Shown: positions 25,410 to 40,401, numbered from the stretch's first letter. The stretch is DNA of 64,000 bases from Sarea resinae (GCA_026026165.1 JAPEUD010000004.1:248001-312000); one strand, 5' to 3'. A program made the numbers and translations. Notes: generated from the sequence alone by a model not told the origin.

Positions 25410-28125
25410 ACACAATATCTGCCTATAGGAGCGATATAATAGGCATTGTATTAGGATGTCTGCTAAACAGGTTAAGCATTAAATGCCTAGGGTCTTCTGC
25501 ATTAGAGTTATAACTGTAAAGCTACAGATATACACTTATATTAAGACCTACTAACGCCTCTATAACTTGTTAGTCTATATCGTTATTATCTGCCTTATCT
25601 AGATCTATATATCTGCTACTTAACGTAGGCAGTCCCTTTTCAGCTAGCTGTATAACACCTAATTGCAATAATCCTAGTGCTGTGTAAGCAGATCTCTTGT
25701 CCTTGCAACAGATAATAGAGTCTTAAGCAATTATATCTGCAAGACTCCTAATATCTGCTGTAGCAGATCTGTTAGTATAAGATGTATTAATACGTTCTCT
25801 GAATGTAAATTCAAATTGAGACTGCAGCAGAGCAAGATAACTAGTCATTAACACTAACTACTTAAACAAAGCTGTCACATTAAGAGTTGAATTACTCTTA
25901 GTCTGTAGAATAGTCTTTAGCTATAGATTAAGAAGTTTATTTATCTGATCAACTTTAAAGAAGGTCTCTAGTTTATTATAGTTGCTGACTAGACTGTTTG
26001 CAAGTATCGCCTGCTGCAGACAACGATCACATGTTAGTGTAGATATTAGCTGCTATAAACAAATTATCTCCTGCAAATAGTTGTACAACCTGCTTCTGCT
26101 AAAGTAAAGACAACTGCAGGCAATTGCATAGCAGAGCAATCTAATGTCTGCAGATTTAATAGCATGCCTTAATGTTAGGTATATCTTAACGTAGTGCATA
26201 AAGCAGATATAGTTGAAATACTCTGTATTATAAGGCAGATGCTGCTGTTTATGCGTTTGTTTATGCTTTGAATCCCTTGTAGCGTTATCTGCGCAACAAA
26301 TATCCGCCTTATATTGCGCTAGCTCTTAATAACTAGTAGTAGAGAAGGCGGTTTTACAGATATCCTCTATATAAGCAAGGAATTCTGCAGGAGTTAATGT
26401 GCAGAGAAATATGTCTAGTCAACCTAAATGCTGTCTTTTCTATGCACCTAGGAGTTTCGACAAGAATAACACAACAATCCTTGCCTAAAAGCTATGTTAA
26501 ACAAGCTCTTACTAATAGTAGAAGGGCGCTTTATCTGCAGGTATACTCTAACAGCTAAGAAAATTGATGTGCAAATATAGCGTTGAATATTGCTAGAGAC
26601 TACTCTATCCTCTATAGTGTGATCTAACAATTAATGCTAGAAGGTTTATCTGCATGTAGAAGAGGCTAGGTACAGATAATATCTAGTCTAGGCAGTTGTA
26701 TCTATCTGCTGCCTCTAATTGCTTAAGCTAATATAAGCGGATTAGGCTTGCTGTTTTCTAATCACTAAATACTAATATTAGCTGCTTTTTAAAGTTAACT
26801 GTGTCCTTCCCTAGCTGACTAGCGAATATGTTGTCTAACACGTTATACGTGCCTATAGTAGAACCCTCTGACTTAGTGATTAGTCTAAGGGTAATCTGCT
26901 TAGTCTGCTTGTGCAGAATAACGTTAAGGGTTAGCATTTGCAGAAACATAAGGGTATCTGCAGCGAAGATATTATTAATAACATCTAGATATGCCGCGCA
27001 GATAGCACTAGCTATAAAATATGTCGATATCTGCGCCTATATGTTATCTATCTAATTTCTGTCTGCAGCTAGAAGATCTATTATGTCTACCTAAACGCTA
27101 GGATAAAACATATCTTGTGTAAGTCTGCTGTCTAGTAGGCATTGTCTGTGTAATAGTTTTCTAGTCGTGTATAAATATAGAGTTCCTATATAACTAACTA
27201 ATTAATGCTGTGTTTTTGCGTGCCACTCGAAATTATTATATACAACTGTGTAGTCCTACGTCTGTGCAGCAGAGCAGATAGCTATCTTTAGTTAGTTAGC
27301 CTTCGAAAATAACAGCGTTTAAGGACTACGTTCTCTGCTTTGTTCTAATATCTGCTGTTTCTACGCATCTAATGTGCGATATCTATCTACTAAGCCTAAG
27401 CTATAAAGCATGCTTAATCCTCTCTAGGTTAGTCTAGAGTCTTTTAAATATAGTCCTAGTATGCAGGCAAAGCAATTCATTGTCTTTTGCGCATATCTAA
27501 GACTAAGTATAGATACAGTCATAACTATTTGTCTATTGTCTGCTAAGTACATTGTCTGCTAATGTTTTGCAACATACTGCGATTTAGTAGCTCTGCTAAT
27601 AAGATATAACAACCTAGGCGCGATGTTCTTAATTTAGTCTGCAGAGCTAGCTAAGTTAAGTGTCTTAAAGTCTGTCTCTTTATTATATTAGCTAAGCAGC
27701 AGACAGTGGCTTTGTAGCTAGTCTAGATCGCTGCAGATAAGAGCGACACTACTGTTAATAACTGCAACTAGACCTCTATCTGCAGTTTGCAAGAGATAGA
27801 CAATGTCGTTAAACTAAAGGACTAAGTTAAGAAGGGCTTTTTAATGCATTGACTGTATATAACCTTAATCTTCTTCTAGATAAGCAAGCTAGATCTCTAT
27901 AAACTTAATAGGCGATAACCGCTACTCTTATAGCTTTGTTAGGATAATATTAACCTTTTCCTTTGTAGATAGTCTATTAGATACTAATATTAGTTGCTTA
28001 GATTAACTATTAGTTAAGGTAGGCGTTGTAGTTGCAAATGTCTGCAGTGTGATTAGTGCAGTTAGTGCAGATATAGTTGTTGTCCTACAACGCTTCCTCT
28101 AACTAGACAGTTTCTTTACAGACAT
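25410..28125 (-). pseudogene. DUF6589/Academ-type transposase relic (RIP-mutated); boundaries approximate
   Basis: Translation through stops gives ILGLYLKDS, VYNNFE, EGSTIGTYNVLDNIF, LVFSD*KT (GDQKT), LD*ILSVPSLFYMQINL, HSF*ARI, YLTLRHAIKSADI, LQQAILANSLV and FFKVDQINKLLN. Confidence 0.75.
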
Positions 28126-31100
28126 AGATATTATAATTAATTATGCAGTAGAAGTGTAGCTTTTAATTGATGCAACTTTTAGTGTTGTTAGCGTTATAGT
28201 TGCAGATATCTTATGCCTTGAAGTCAATAATCGTTGACTCTATACAAACAGCCTGCTTCAGCTATAGTACGTCAGAGAAGTTGCCTCAGACCTCATGCTG
28301 GTGGATTGCCTATTTAGGCAATAGTGGTCCGTGCGCAGCGGACCACCCGCCAAGCGAGGTCTGAGTATACTGAGGCAAAACCGCACTGGAGAAAAAAGTC
28401 GATCCATGACCACCACCTCTACTCGTACTGGAGTCCAATTTCTGGTTAGAACGGCAAATGGGAAACACTGCGAGGAATGACCATCGCCACCATCGTTGAG
28501 AGTTGAATTTCTCGCGACTAACCCACTGTTGTAATGGCTATGCTCGTTGACTTCCTTGCTTCTGCTTCTGCTCCTCCGGAACAGAGAGTCATCCCGCGGC
28601 GCCATACCAGCTTCATCTACTTAATGCCATGTCCGACACACCTTTACCTTCTACTCATCTCTTAGCAATGCTGTCCTCGGGTATCCCACAAACAAGGTCG
28701 ATGTGTAAGTCTTACAGTGTCCTAATTTGCCTCGATCCCTTTCCTTTATCGTGATGAGCATGTAAATTTTTAAGATGTTAGACTTCCGAGATACCATTCT
28801 GCGGAGAAAAGTACATTTCTGATCTAGCAACTGGAGTTCGAATAATGAAGATGACACTCCTTCATTGACTGAGGCTAATCAGACGGTGTTCCTTACAGGT
28901 GATGCTCTGCATAACGGCGTGCGAGTTGACTCCACCGTCAACAAGCGCGGCATCTGATTTCTGATCGCGGAGAATATCACCCTTCCCTTACGCGATGGCG
29001 AAGCTTCAGAGCATGATGCGAAGGTTCTGAACATCTCTGATGCGCCACGCCTATGTCTGTTCCGCAATACAATTGTTGTACAAGCTTTTTGAACTTCCAA
29101 CATTTGAAAGCTGGAGACCATGTCCATTCTCAGCTTTTCGCCATAACCGGATCTAGCCGTCGAAGAGAACTCTCCTCTATGGGTTTTGGCTCTCGGATTG
29201 CCCCACTGACGCTATATCAGGTGTGGCTACTTTATGATCGGCATGACATGGTTGAGGTAATCATGGGGTCTGCCTGAAGCCAAACAACGGCTTTATTCAC
29301 AGCCCTTTTCCTTTTGTCGCATGACGTCTATAGAATCAGAAGAGCGATGTAGTATGCCTTCATTAGGCTACAGAGCCTTGTGCTACAATCTTGTCTCCAT
29401 CTTTATTGTTACCCTCACTTTGACCGACGGTGGTTCTACCGTCCGTGATCATACTTGACGAGGGCATATTAGCCCACCTCTCAATAACCAAGCCGCATGA
29501 AGCGCCGCGCCCTCTCATCTGGTGAGAAAGAGCTTGACGCATGGATGCCAACTTATTGTCGTTTGTACGCACAGATTTAGGCATGATTGAGGGGACGATG
29601 TCTGATGTCTCATGAAGGAGGGGGAGGAGCTTTCGGAAACGAAGAAGGATAGAATGTGTCGCGTGCTGTGTTGCTGCCTATGACATGATCATGGCAGTGG
29701 AAGATCAACTTGAGAGTTTTAGTGGTACTACGTATGAGAATCAACAATCCCATAGGCTTGACTTGAGAGTAGCTAGTGCGGAGACTAGTCATCATACACA
29801 CTTTCTGCTTCGATGAGGACTGACCTTTTGAGAGCGTACGGTATGAACAAAAAGACCTAGAGCAAAGCTACATCAAGCTATAAATGATTTTTCTTACGAC
29901 ACCTATTTTCCTGAATCGCCACCCAAACTTGGCTTTGTATTGCTCATCTGTAATTTTCTTGATTATGACACCAGAAATTGTGCGTATATTGCAAAAAATA
30001 GAGAATTAATGCTTCGGCTCTACCAAGAACAATTACCGAGCTCCCCTCACGGCGCTGTCCTGGCAGCCCTGAGGGTACCTATCTTCTCATTACCTAACAC
30101 CCTCTACAGAAAGCACAGAACCTCGGGACAGAGAGCAAGACCACCTATAGTAGGCGTCATAAGCCGGTGATGATGCACATCTGCTGTCGAATCTGATGTG
30201 CATGATCGCGGTGGCGGTGAAGGCGTTTGTGGGGAAAAGGCGGGGAACCGATCCCTGCTTGTTTACTGTGCGTGCTCAACGGCCCTTGGCTGCCCGCGTG
30301 ATGGGTTCGTCTGAGGTAGGTCTTGGATGATGACCATACCCTCGTAGGGCAGATGGACCGGATAGGTGGCTGAGGGAGGAAGGAATATTTACACGAGTCT
30401 GCGGAGAATCGAAGAGAATCTAGGATTGAGCTGGACGATTCAAGCCCTCGGCCAGTGCAACGCAAAGCGATCAAGCATTAACAAGGGCGATGCAAATACG
30501 GCGAAGAGAGGAATATCACGGCCGTCCGATCTCTGTTGATTGAATCCTCAGCCTCGGCACACGGCAGACGCCCTGGACTGTGTGCTTCGGAAGGGGAAAG
30601 GATCTATGGATCTATGGGATGATCTCCCCATGTTCGGAGAAGGCACCCAAGACCGTGCTTGAGGGCTGCATGCAGCGCATGCACGCATCATCATCATCCG
30701 CCGCCGTTACATGAGGCCCGTCCATGTACAGCACAGTCTCCGGAGAAAAGGATGCTACTGCGCAGTAGGCTTTAGTTTGCTGCTTCTTGCTATGACCTCG
30801 AAGGCCAGCAACGACTATATTTCCAGCCATTGATGCTGCTACCCATACTTACCTACCCAACCGCTATTCTTCCGACCAATTTCCTGGTTTGCCGGTATTG
30901 GATTGGTGATACATGACCTCTGCACGTATGGCATTCTCGGACTTCGTACCTGAGAAGCGGAGCAGGCTCAGGTGAGTGGCGAGCACGGCTCCAACCGACT
31001 ACCCGTGGACCCTTGACCCTTACTCACAGTGGTCCACGAACCATCTGGACATGAGATGAGCCAGCTCTCGACTCGCCTGGTCTGGCCCTACGGCGCAGTC

Positions 31101-31428
31101 GAGGCCTGGCAGGCGGAGGAGTAAATTTCAGATGCGCATGGCAGCTGATGTAGATTCATCAGATTACTGGCGCACGTGTGGAATGCAAGGTAATTTGGGC
31201 AAACTTGCACTGTTTACCTTCCTGTATGGTTTCGCATGTTGCACGCGTCGACGCTCTCCACCTATGAGATGCTGCACCTTGCAGTCTATGGTTGAAATGA
31301 ATGCATATAAAGTGTTTGACCTTTAATCTCGATGGTGCCGAGAGAATGGAACGGAGATGAGTTGAAATGAGGATCAGAAATAGTACACGACCATAACACA
31401 TACATAGCAGCAAGCTGTCAACACCAGA

Positions 31429-31455
31429 CGAGAGAGAGAGAGAGAGAGAGAGAGA
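31429..31455 (+). repeat. (GA)n microsatellite
   Basis: Seen directly. Confidence 0.95.
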
Positions 31456-31777
31456 CTTTGCTTGTTCTGTTTCCTTCCTTTCGAACAGAAAAGCCGTCCG
31501 CCCATTTCACGCCGTTCACTCGACGTGCTGTTTGTTGTCTCTCCTTCAACCCTCGATATTTGGTCTTTGCCTCATCCGTTAGCAGATTGACGAGTATTCG
31601 AAGAAGTGAAGAGGCCGAGACACATTCACTACTTGGAGTGACTGAGAGCCGTCCACCAATTATTGTCTCATCGCACTTGATTGAGAGCTTGGCTCAGACT
31701 TCACTGGCTGTCAGTTGAATACTGCTGTTGCTGTCGAGGACTCTCTCTCACGCAAGCACGTACACAGGCAAAGCATC

Positions 31778-33252
<1,475 letters not shown>

Positions 33253-34194
33253 ATCTAGCTCCATCTAATAACAGTCCTCGAGATCCATCCAATTCGACAA
33301 GGATCGCAGAGGTGCAAAAGAAAAACGAAAATGAAAAGGAAAGCATGGTATATAAGTAGTCTGAACCGGATTGCATAATCACCCTGGCATCGGCAATGCA
33401 CGAAGGAGTCATTGAAAATTTCAACTTGATTGTTCATTAATAATTTCGCCTGAGCAGAACGCAGACTTTCGACTAACGAACGCATGACTGTGGCTGCTCT
33501 CTCGTGTACAGAGACGGGAAGGGGAGGGGGGACTGACGGATTGATGTCGCATTCTCTAATGGTTTGAGGATAAGGTAGCCGGACTGGATGACATGGGGTT
33601 AGCAATTGGCATATTCCGTTCCTTACTCACTCACGATTTGGCTGGAGATTACATTGCATGGCAACAATCTACTGATGTGTTGCTTCCCATTGCCCATCTA
33701 GTACCTGTCGAGCAAAAGAATGGATGCTGGGCGCTGGATGCTGTTGGCTTAACATTCGCCGCATTGGTCTAATAATAACATGTGTCTACATACCTTACCT
33801 AAGGTAGGCAGCCAAGTGCGCCGCCCGGTTGCCGTTTCGCATGCCTACCTTACTATTGTAGTGAGGCATCTATCTGGCTGCAACGACGGTCTTGCTCCTA
33901 CTCTCATGTCTATAGCTCGCCCTTTAATCCAGCTTTGTAAGGTAGCTAGAATCCACTCGTTGGGCTGGACGGCCGGTTTTCTGCTTGCTCGTCTGCCATG
34001 TTGACTACATACCTAGTAGGTTCTGCCTGTCTTTCCCCGCCCCGGATCATGATGATGACGGCCCAATGATATGGCTGGCCTGGCCTTGAAATAATGGGGT
34101 ACAGCCCGAGCCCAGCCCAGCCCAGGTGACCTCTGAGGTGATCTAGGTAGTAGGGGCTCGATAGAGTAGATAGGTAGAGTAGAAAGAGTTAACA

Positions 34195-34855
34195 TGAGTG
34201 AGTGAGTAAGTGAGTGAGTGAGTGAGTGAGCTATTCGTCACACATCAGCAGAGAGGGACGGGCCCTGAGCTGAGTGCACCGAGAGAACCTCACCTCATCT
34301 AGACGAGACTACCTTGCCCTTACATACGACAACGACAACGACGACAACGACAACGACAACCAAAACAATTAAAGATGCTCCGATCACCTCAGTCAGCATG
34401 TATGTATGTACAGAGAATCAGCCAGGGTCAGGGGATCTTCATGTGTGAGAGCTGAAACGCAATGCAGGAAAAAAAGGCAATGATAATCATTTTGTCTGCA
34501 TGGGCCGGGTCGTCTGGTCTGGTCTCGTCTCGTCGTGTCTCGTCTGGTCTGGTCTGGTCTCATCGTGTCCGGTCTCATAACGTGGGGGCTGGTCGGGGGC
34601 TACGCATCTCCGAGCCTAAGAAACTCGTCCATTTGGTTTTTGTGAATGTTGCTCGCGAGCGAGGCTATGGGGATATGTTTTTGTTTGGCAGCTCTCGGAC
34701 AGGATGGCTATATAGATAGGTGGATGGATGGATGGATGGATGGATGGATGGACACAAGAAGAGAGAGAGAGAAGGTAGATTGGAGGAAGGAAAAACAGGG
34801 GCGGAAAGGGGGTAGAGAGATGACGGAAGCGATGATCTCGCACACACACACACTC
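34195..34855. repeat. Cluster of microsatellites between convergent EXG1 and the cupin gene: (GAGT)n, (ACGACA)n, (GTCTG)n, (GGAT)n, (CA)n
   Basis: Tracts at about 34195-34230, 34326-34360, 34510-34560, 34719-34752 and 34841-34853. Confidence 0.85.
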
Positions 34856-35088
34856 TCCAGTCGAGCTTGAGAGCTTTGTGGAGAGTATCTCGGACTCCCC
34901 CTCCTTCTCCTTCTTCTCTCCTCTGAGTCTCCCTTCGCCTCTTCGGGACACAATTTGGAATCCGCGGGAAATCCAGCAAGAGATATACCCCGGTTCCCCC
35001 ATGGCAGCTCCCCCACCCTCCCTCCACCCCAATCGACCGAATGGCAATTATCCAAACCCGCTTGACCGTCGGCTCACGCAAGTGGAAA

Positions 35089-35859
35089 TCACGCGGCGCC
35101 CTCTTTTCTCTGGCCGGTCTGTACTCGGGTAAAAAAAGACCAGTCAGCGCGATTCCAGCTCGAACGAGACATCTGTTTCAAGTCCCTCACAGGACGCGGA
35201 AAAGTCCGAAACAGCCCCCCAAAAGAGGGGCAGAAAAACACTCACGTAAAAGCCCAGGCCGTAGGTCGGCGTGGTAAAGGTGATCTTGCTGCCCTTGGGG
35301 AAATAGAAGACGTCGCCGGCGACGGCGTGGACCTTCTGGCCCGTCTCGTCCTCGATGTCGAACTCGCCCTCGACGATGATCTTCATCTCGTGGTAGGTGT
35401 ATTCGTACACGAGGGGCGTGCCCTTTTCTAGCCGGTAGAAGCCGGCGCTGATGGGCTTTTCCGCGTCGTAGGTCTCGCTGTTTGTGTGGAGAAGAATGGA
35501 TGTTAGTGGGTGGTTGGGAGATGAGGGTCAAAGGGGGTGGAAGATGCTTGATAGATGGTGTGTGCGTGCGCTGTGAGGTTTGGTTTGGTGTGTTTGGTTT
35601 GGTTTGGTGTTGGGGAAAGGAATGCAATGCGGAGAAGGCAAAGGGAGACGAACCTTGTAACTACGTCTCCTAGGAAGGCATTCTCGTTGGCAATCAATGG
35701 CGGCTTAAAGGTCGACTGGGCCTTGGAGAAGTGCTTGAATGCTAAGGGGGTGGAGGAGCCCATCTTTTCGGAGGCTTTGGGCGGAGAAGTAGTAGCGGTG
35801 GATGGAGCGGCTTTGGAGGCTTTTTTCGACGAGGTGTGTCGTGAGAGGTATGATCCCAT
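35089..35859 (-). CDS. EutQ-like cupin (ethanolamine utilization protein family), 3 exons
   Basis: PPLIANENAFLGDV|..KPISAGFYRLEKGTPLVYEYTYHEMKIIVEG...AGDVFYFPKGSKITF..GLGFY|TGQRKEGAA*. An alternative ATG lies at about 35763. Confidence 0.88.
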
Positions 35860-37751
35860 CGGACGCCTTCTCCGGAATTCAGTTCAATCTGTGGTGATCT
35901 CGTGGCAATTGAGGGGGTGGAGAACGATTCGTGAGGAACTCTGGCTGGTTTCAATGGCAATCGCACCGATGAAGTCAAGTGTATCAAAGAGCTCAAGTCC
36001 AAGTCTGATATTCTCGTCGGAGCGCGCTCGGCGCAGCTCTTTATACGCCCTCTCTCGCCCGGCAGCCATGGGCCGGACGACACCTCAAAAGCTCCACAAG
36101 ATCTAGTCCCCTCCCCGCTGACAGACTGATTGATCATTCTGTCGCTGGTCCATCGAATCACGACTCCGACTCGCTCGGCGAGCTATGAGAGAGACCCTGC
36201 CCCAGGGTCCTGGAGCTCTCTGATTCTTTTCCTAGAGAGGATCAGATAACCATAGCTGTGGGCTCGGGGGGTCGATGATGTGGTAAGCGGTGGATCACTT
36301 TGCTGCTCCTGGTCCTAGTGCCCGGTAGGGAGCGTGTGGAGCGTATAGCGACGACAATAATGAGGTGCGAGGGACGTTATCTACGAAGTATTACAAACAA
36401 CGTCCGGAGTCGATCCCCGACACTGCGTAGGCGTAAATCATCATCATCGTCATTGCTCTAGTCTTGCGGCATTAGGATCGACCTGGTAGTAGCAGATTCG
36501 CCATTCATATCGCCATTACTGTCATGAACAACAGCTGGTCGAGATTCAGCTAGAACACGGATCGAATGGGCGCTTTGTTCAGACAGACGTTGACCATTGG
36601 CTCTACGTCAGGAGGGAAAACAATGCCGTTTACGGAAAGGTTTCCCTTCCCCCCTTCCCCCTCCTAGACACCACCACCATGGCACTAAGATAACCAGCGC
36701 CACCAGATGGGGGATTTGCACCGGGTAACCGAATGCGGGGCTATCACTGTTGCGCGCTCCATTCATCGGCGAGGCGCCCCAAAGGTTCGGCCCGGCGACA
36801 ATGGCCAAGATAAGGTGAGGGAGCTGGAGGTCAGGAACAATAATAGTGAGGCATGAATCCAAAATCGACAGAAGTGAGCATGCACACCGTGCAATAATAC
36901 CAAACCGAGGAATAAGCTGCTACGTGCTACAGAGTGCCATGTGCTATGAAGTGATGACCAGACGGGAAAGGGCCGAGCTTGTACGCTTTCGGCTTGAATG
37001 CACGAGATATATTATATCTCCCTTACTCGGATCTACAGACGAGAACTCTATCCACGGCCCATGGATCCAGGCGAGCGACTTTCAGCTCACTACCCTTTCC
37101 AGCAGTCAGGTCCCCCCCAAGCGGCGCCTTAATCCTTACGCACATATTTCTACCTGGTCCGAGAGGGATTGCGGTACCTACACGCAGCTCACCCGCTCGC
37201 GTTCATTGGATATTGTTTCTTTCGAGTGCGCACGTAGAACTTCGCGCAGTAAACAATAATAACGAAGCGACTCCGATAACAATCAGCTCAGTATATGGCG
37301 TGACATGATCGCCATTCTGGAGATAATCAGCTCAGCTCACTTCAGCCCTAAACAAGACACGACATCTGTGCCCTGAGCGCAAGGTTCGAAGGTATAAATG
37401 AATAGTCGAGCGCAAAGCTCTGTGCCTTTCTCTCCCTCGACGCTTGCTAGTCCATTGCCATGCTCGAATCTCTCGCCGTCCTGTGGTCCCAAAAGAAGAA
37501 AATAAAAACGCCTCGGGCATCTCATCCCAATCGCCAAGCCAATCAGTACCCATTGCATTGCCTCGACCAGCACTGACTCCTCGCTCCGACTCCAACGCTC
37601 AATCAAAGAAATACACGAAAGCCCAAGTAGAGCATGGAAATCTCTAGACATATCTAAAAACGAAATCAACGAGCCGTTCTCACCCAGAACCACATATCGC
37701 TCTTCTATCAGATGACTCGACCGGAGAAATGAATTGACGCTTGCAGTGTTG

Positions 37752-40401
37752 TTATCCGAGAAGAACTGGATCAATTCAATTAGCATAAATGCATTTTCGC
37801 ACAATCAGAGACCGGAAACTTGCCTTCCCACTTCCAGTCTTCCATGACACCGACCCAATGCATCCTTCCTCGAACGGTCATGCCAGGATCCATAGCCTCA
37901 GCAGAAATATCGGTTGACCGCCTTCTGCCCTGATTTGTATGGGGTTTGGCAGGCATTCCCAGGCCCTCATTCGTCGCCCGTCGCTTCGATCTCCCGAAAG
38001 AGGTCGTCCAGTTGATCAGATCATGCTCTTCATCTTCCGCCGTCAGTGTTCGCTTCACACCTTTCATCAATGGAGCACTGTCGAACATCATCGGCGGTAA
38101 TGGAGCATGACGCCTTCGCTGCCTTCTTTGACTGGTTTTGTGGGCATCTCGACGATCCCAGACTTCCCTGACGACATCCAGGCATCGATCGATGACCCCG
38201 ATGAGCATTCTTTGGCCCATCATTTTCCATCGGTACTCGACCCATTGACGGTCCTCCTGGGTAGATGCCTCGCAACCAGCAGCAAGGAGCGGATATATCT
38301 GCACAATAACCGCCCGTGAGGCCAGGGGTACAGTCGCCAGATACACCAGGACCCTTTTAGCAAGCTCTGAGGAAGACTCGGACGGGATCTCGGGCACCGC
38401 TTGATGCAGATATAGCAATGTCGCCCAACGGTAGGCTTCAGCAGTCTGCAGACTATGTTGGACTTCGGAAGTAGGATCTTCTGGCTGATTGAAAAACGAC
38501 GGAGGTCTCCACGTCTCAATGGATGACTTTAGTTCTATGGCTTGAGAGACGACGGCAGCGGAATTGCTCTCGCTTTTCCGTACGCGACGGACGAGGTTTG
38601 CAACGCGCCCGATAAGGGGAAACAACGTGCTCGCACATCCCATCAAGGGATCAACTTCTGAATTTTCCGAGAAGCTCACACCCGGCGAGGAAAAGACGTT
38701 GTCGAAATCATTAGACTCGTCAACATTGATCGAGGTTAGTCGCGCAATGACATCCATGTACACCCAAGTATTGCAGAGAAATTGGAGGCGCTTTAGATCA
38801 TCTCCACCTAGGTGAGCCTGTTGATGCTTTGCCAATGCCTGATTGACCAGAATTCTGGCCCCTCGAAGGTGCTCGATGCCAGTAGAGATATGTTGGTCCC
38901 AGGACTCGGAAAATGCCAGCACGAGCGTTGTAGCGAGAGCAGTATCTGTTCTCATGTCGCCAATGCCACTAGCTAAGTTGCTGATGCTTCGCCGCATATG
39001 CTCAATGCCTTCAACCCGCAAGGAGTGTCTATACTTAGATGTATGAAATGCCGTCATTGAAGATATTGCATGATAGAGAGCAGGCGAATCTCTCGCAAGT
39101 GGCCAGATGAGGGTCCGCCAGGGGTTCTCGGTGGGGCCATCTTTGACTGAAAGAATTCCACAAGTTTGCCTGTCAAAGCGCAGCATGAGCATCTCCGGAC
39201 TATGTGCTTGAAAATCCGGCTGCCTGTACAATGCGTTGAAGGGATCGGATCGAACTGATCCTTCAGAAGAAACTGATGATTCTGAGGATGTCGGTGATGG
39301 CAATCGCACAATCCAAGAATCAGGGGTAGGTCCAAGGTTCCGAATAACTTCCTCGACCTCCTCACCCGGCATTTCATGCTGATGTTGAGATTGAGGCTCT
39401 TCTTGCATGTCGATCGGAGGCTGCTCCAAAGGGGCTTTGAACAGGTTAAGCGAGGCCAAATCGAAGTCCGGGGGGAGGAGATCAGGGATCCGGGATGGCT
39501 CCGATGGAAAACTTGACGTCGCAGTCGTTGATGACAGGACGCTCATGTTATCGAAAAGAGAATCGATTGTACTTGTAGCCGAGCTTGGCTGGAAATCCTC
39601 TGGACCAGAAGCCATACTTTGGAATGATTGACCGGGACGCAAATACTCCGATTCTTCTAGTGAGAATATCCCTCCCATTTCAGGGAACGGCTGGTTGTGT
39701 ATTGCATGGTGGGAGGTCGACTGCGGGAAGGGTATTTGCAAGCCGACTTGACTTTCTCGAAGTAGGCTCAGATCCGTGCCACTCGGACATGCAGCCTCAT
39801 CAGAGAACGAAGGACTCCTAGGCCTTTTATTCTGTGCTCGTACTGGTCTGGTCGATCCGTTCGAATCGAATGCTATCTTCGTCAACAGAAGTTCCAGCGT
39901 GGTTTTCTATTGAACAAGCTCACCCTTCTTTGTCTTCGTCGGTGCTGCCTTGCCAGTGAAGCTCGCTTCCTCAAAAGGCCGCCATTTGAAGTCTTTCTTA
40001 TACCCTCCGCACGTCACGCTGCGCTTGTGGCACTGCTGGCATGAAGGCTTGGTCTCATCACATTTGAGTCTTTTCGCCTTGCATGTGATGCACCCTATAT
40101 TTTCAGATGACTCAATCAGCTCCTGCGCGACGAAGATATTGAAGCCAAGATGATGCGATCAACAATAGGCTTATCTTGCCCCAGATAAGACGGTCAAAGA
40201 CGGAATGAACAAACCATTGCGACTCTTCGATTGCTTCGGCTTGGCTGCACTGTTGTCCTTCTTGGTCTCGTTCGGAGACGTCTTGGTATTCGTCGGCGAG
40301 CGTTTGGGTGCGGCTTCAGACCTCGGTCTCGGAATCCGCGCCTCCACCACCACCGGAGATCTCAAGAAAGCTGACGGCGAGGGGATCGTAATGGCCTCCA
40401 T
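37752..40401 (-). CDS. acr-2: Zn2Cys6 transcription factor, Acr-2-like, with fungal-specific TF domain
   Basis: KSRNG|CITCKAKRLKCDETKPSCQQCHKRSVTCGGY, SVKDGPTENPWR, VDPLMGCA, and C-terminus HWVGVMEDWKWE|VLLG* via a GC-AG intron. Confidence 0.88.

Larger units (their letters stand above)
20554..28258. mobile_element. RIP-inactivated DNA transposon, probably AcademH-like (transposase + RecQ helicase)
   Basis: Sharp-edged AT-rich, TpA-rich block. A perfect 15-bp subterminal inverted repeat ATATCTGCAACTATA lies at 20576-20590 and 28195-28209. The ends are imperfectly inverted (AGCAAACGTGTTTAT vs reverse-complement AGCAGGCTGTTTGT). Three decayed genes inside; no clear TSD. Confidence 0.85.

Noticed and set aside
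20545..28270. Target-site duplication around the transposon
   Set aside because: The flanks (TCTCTGCAT vs TCAGCTATA) do not match for the end positions tested.
18800..30000. Starship element
   Set aside because: No tyrosine-recombinase captain or typical cargo recognised.
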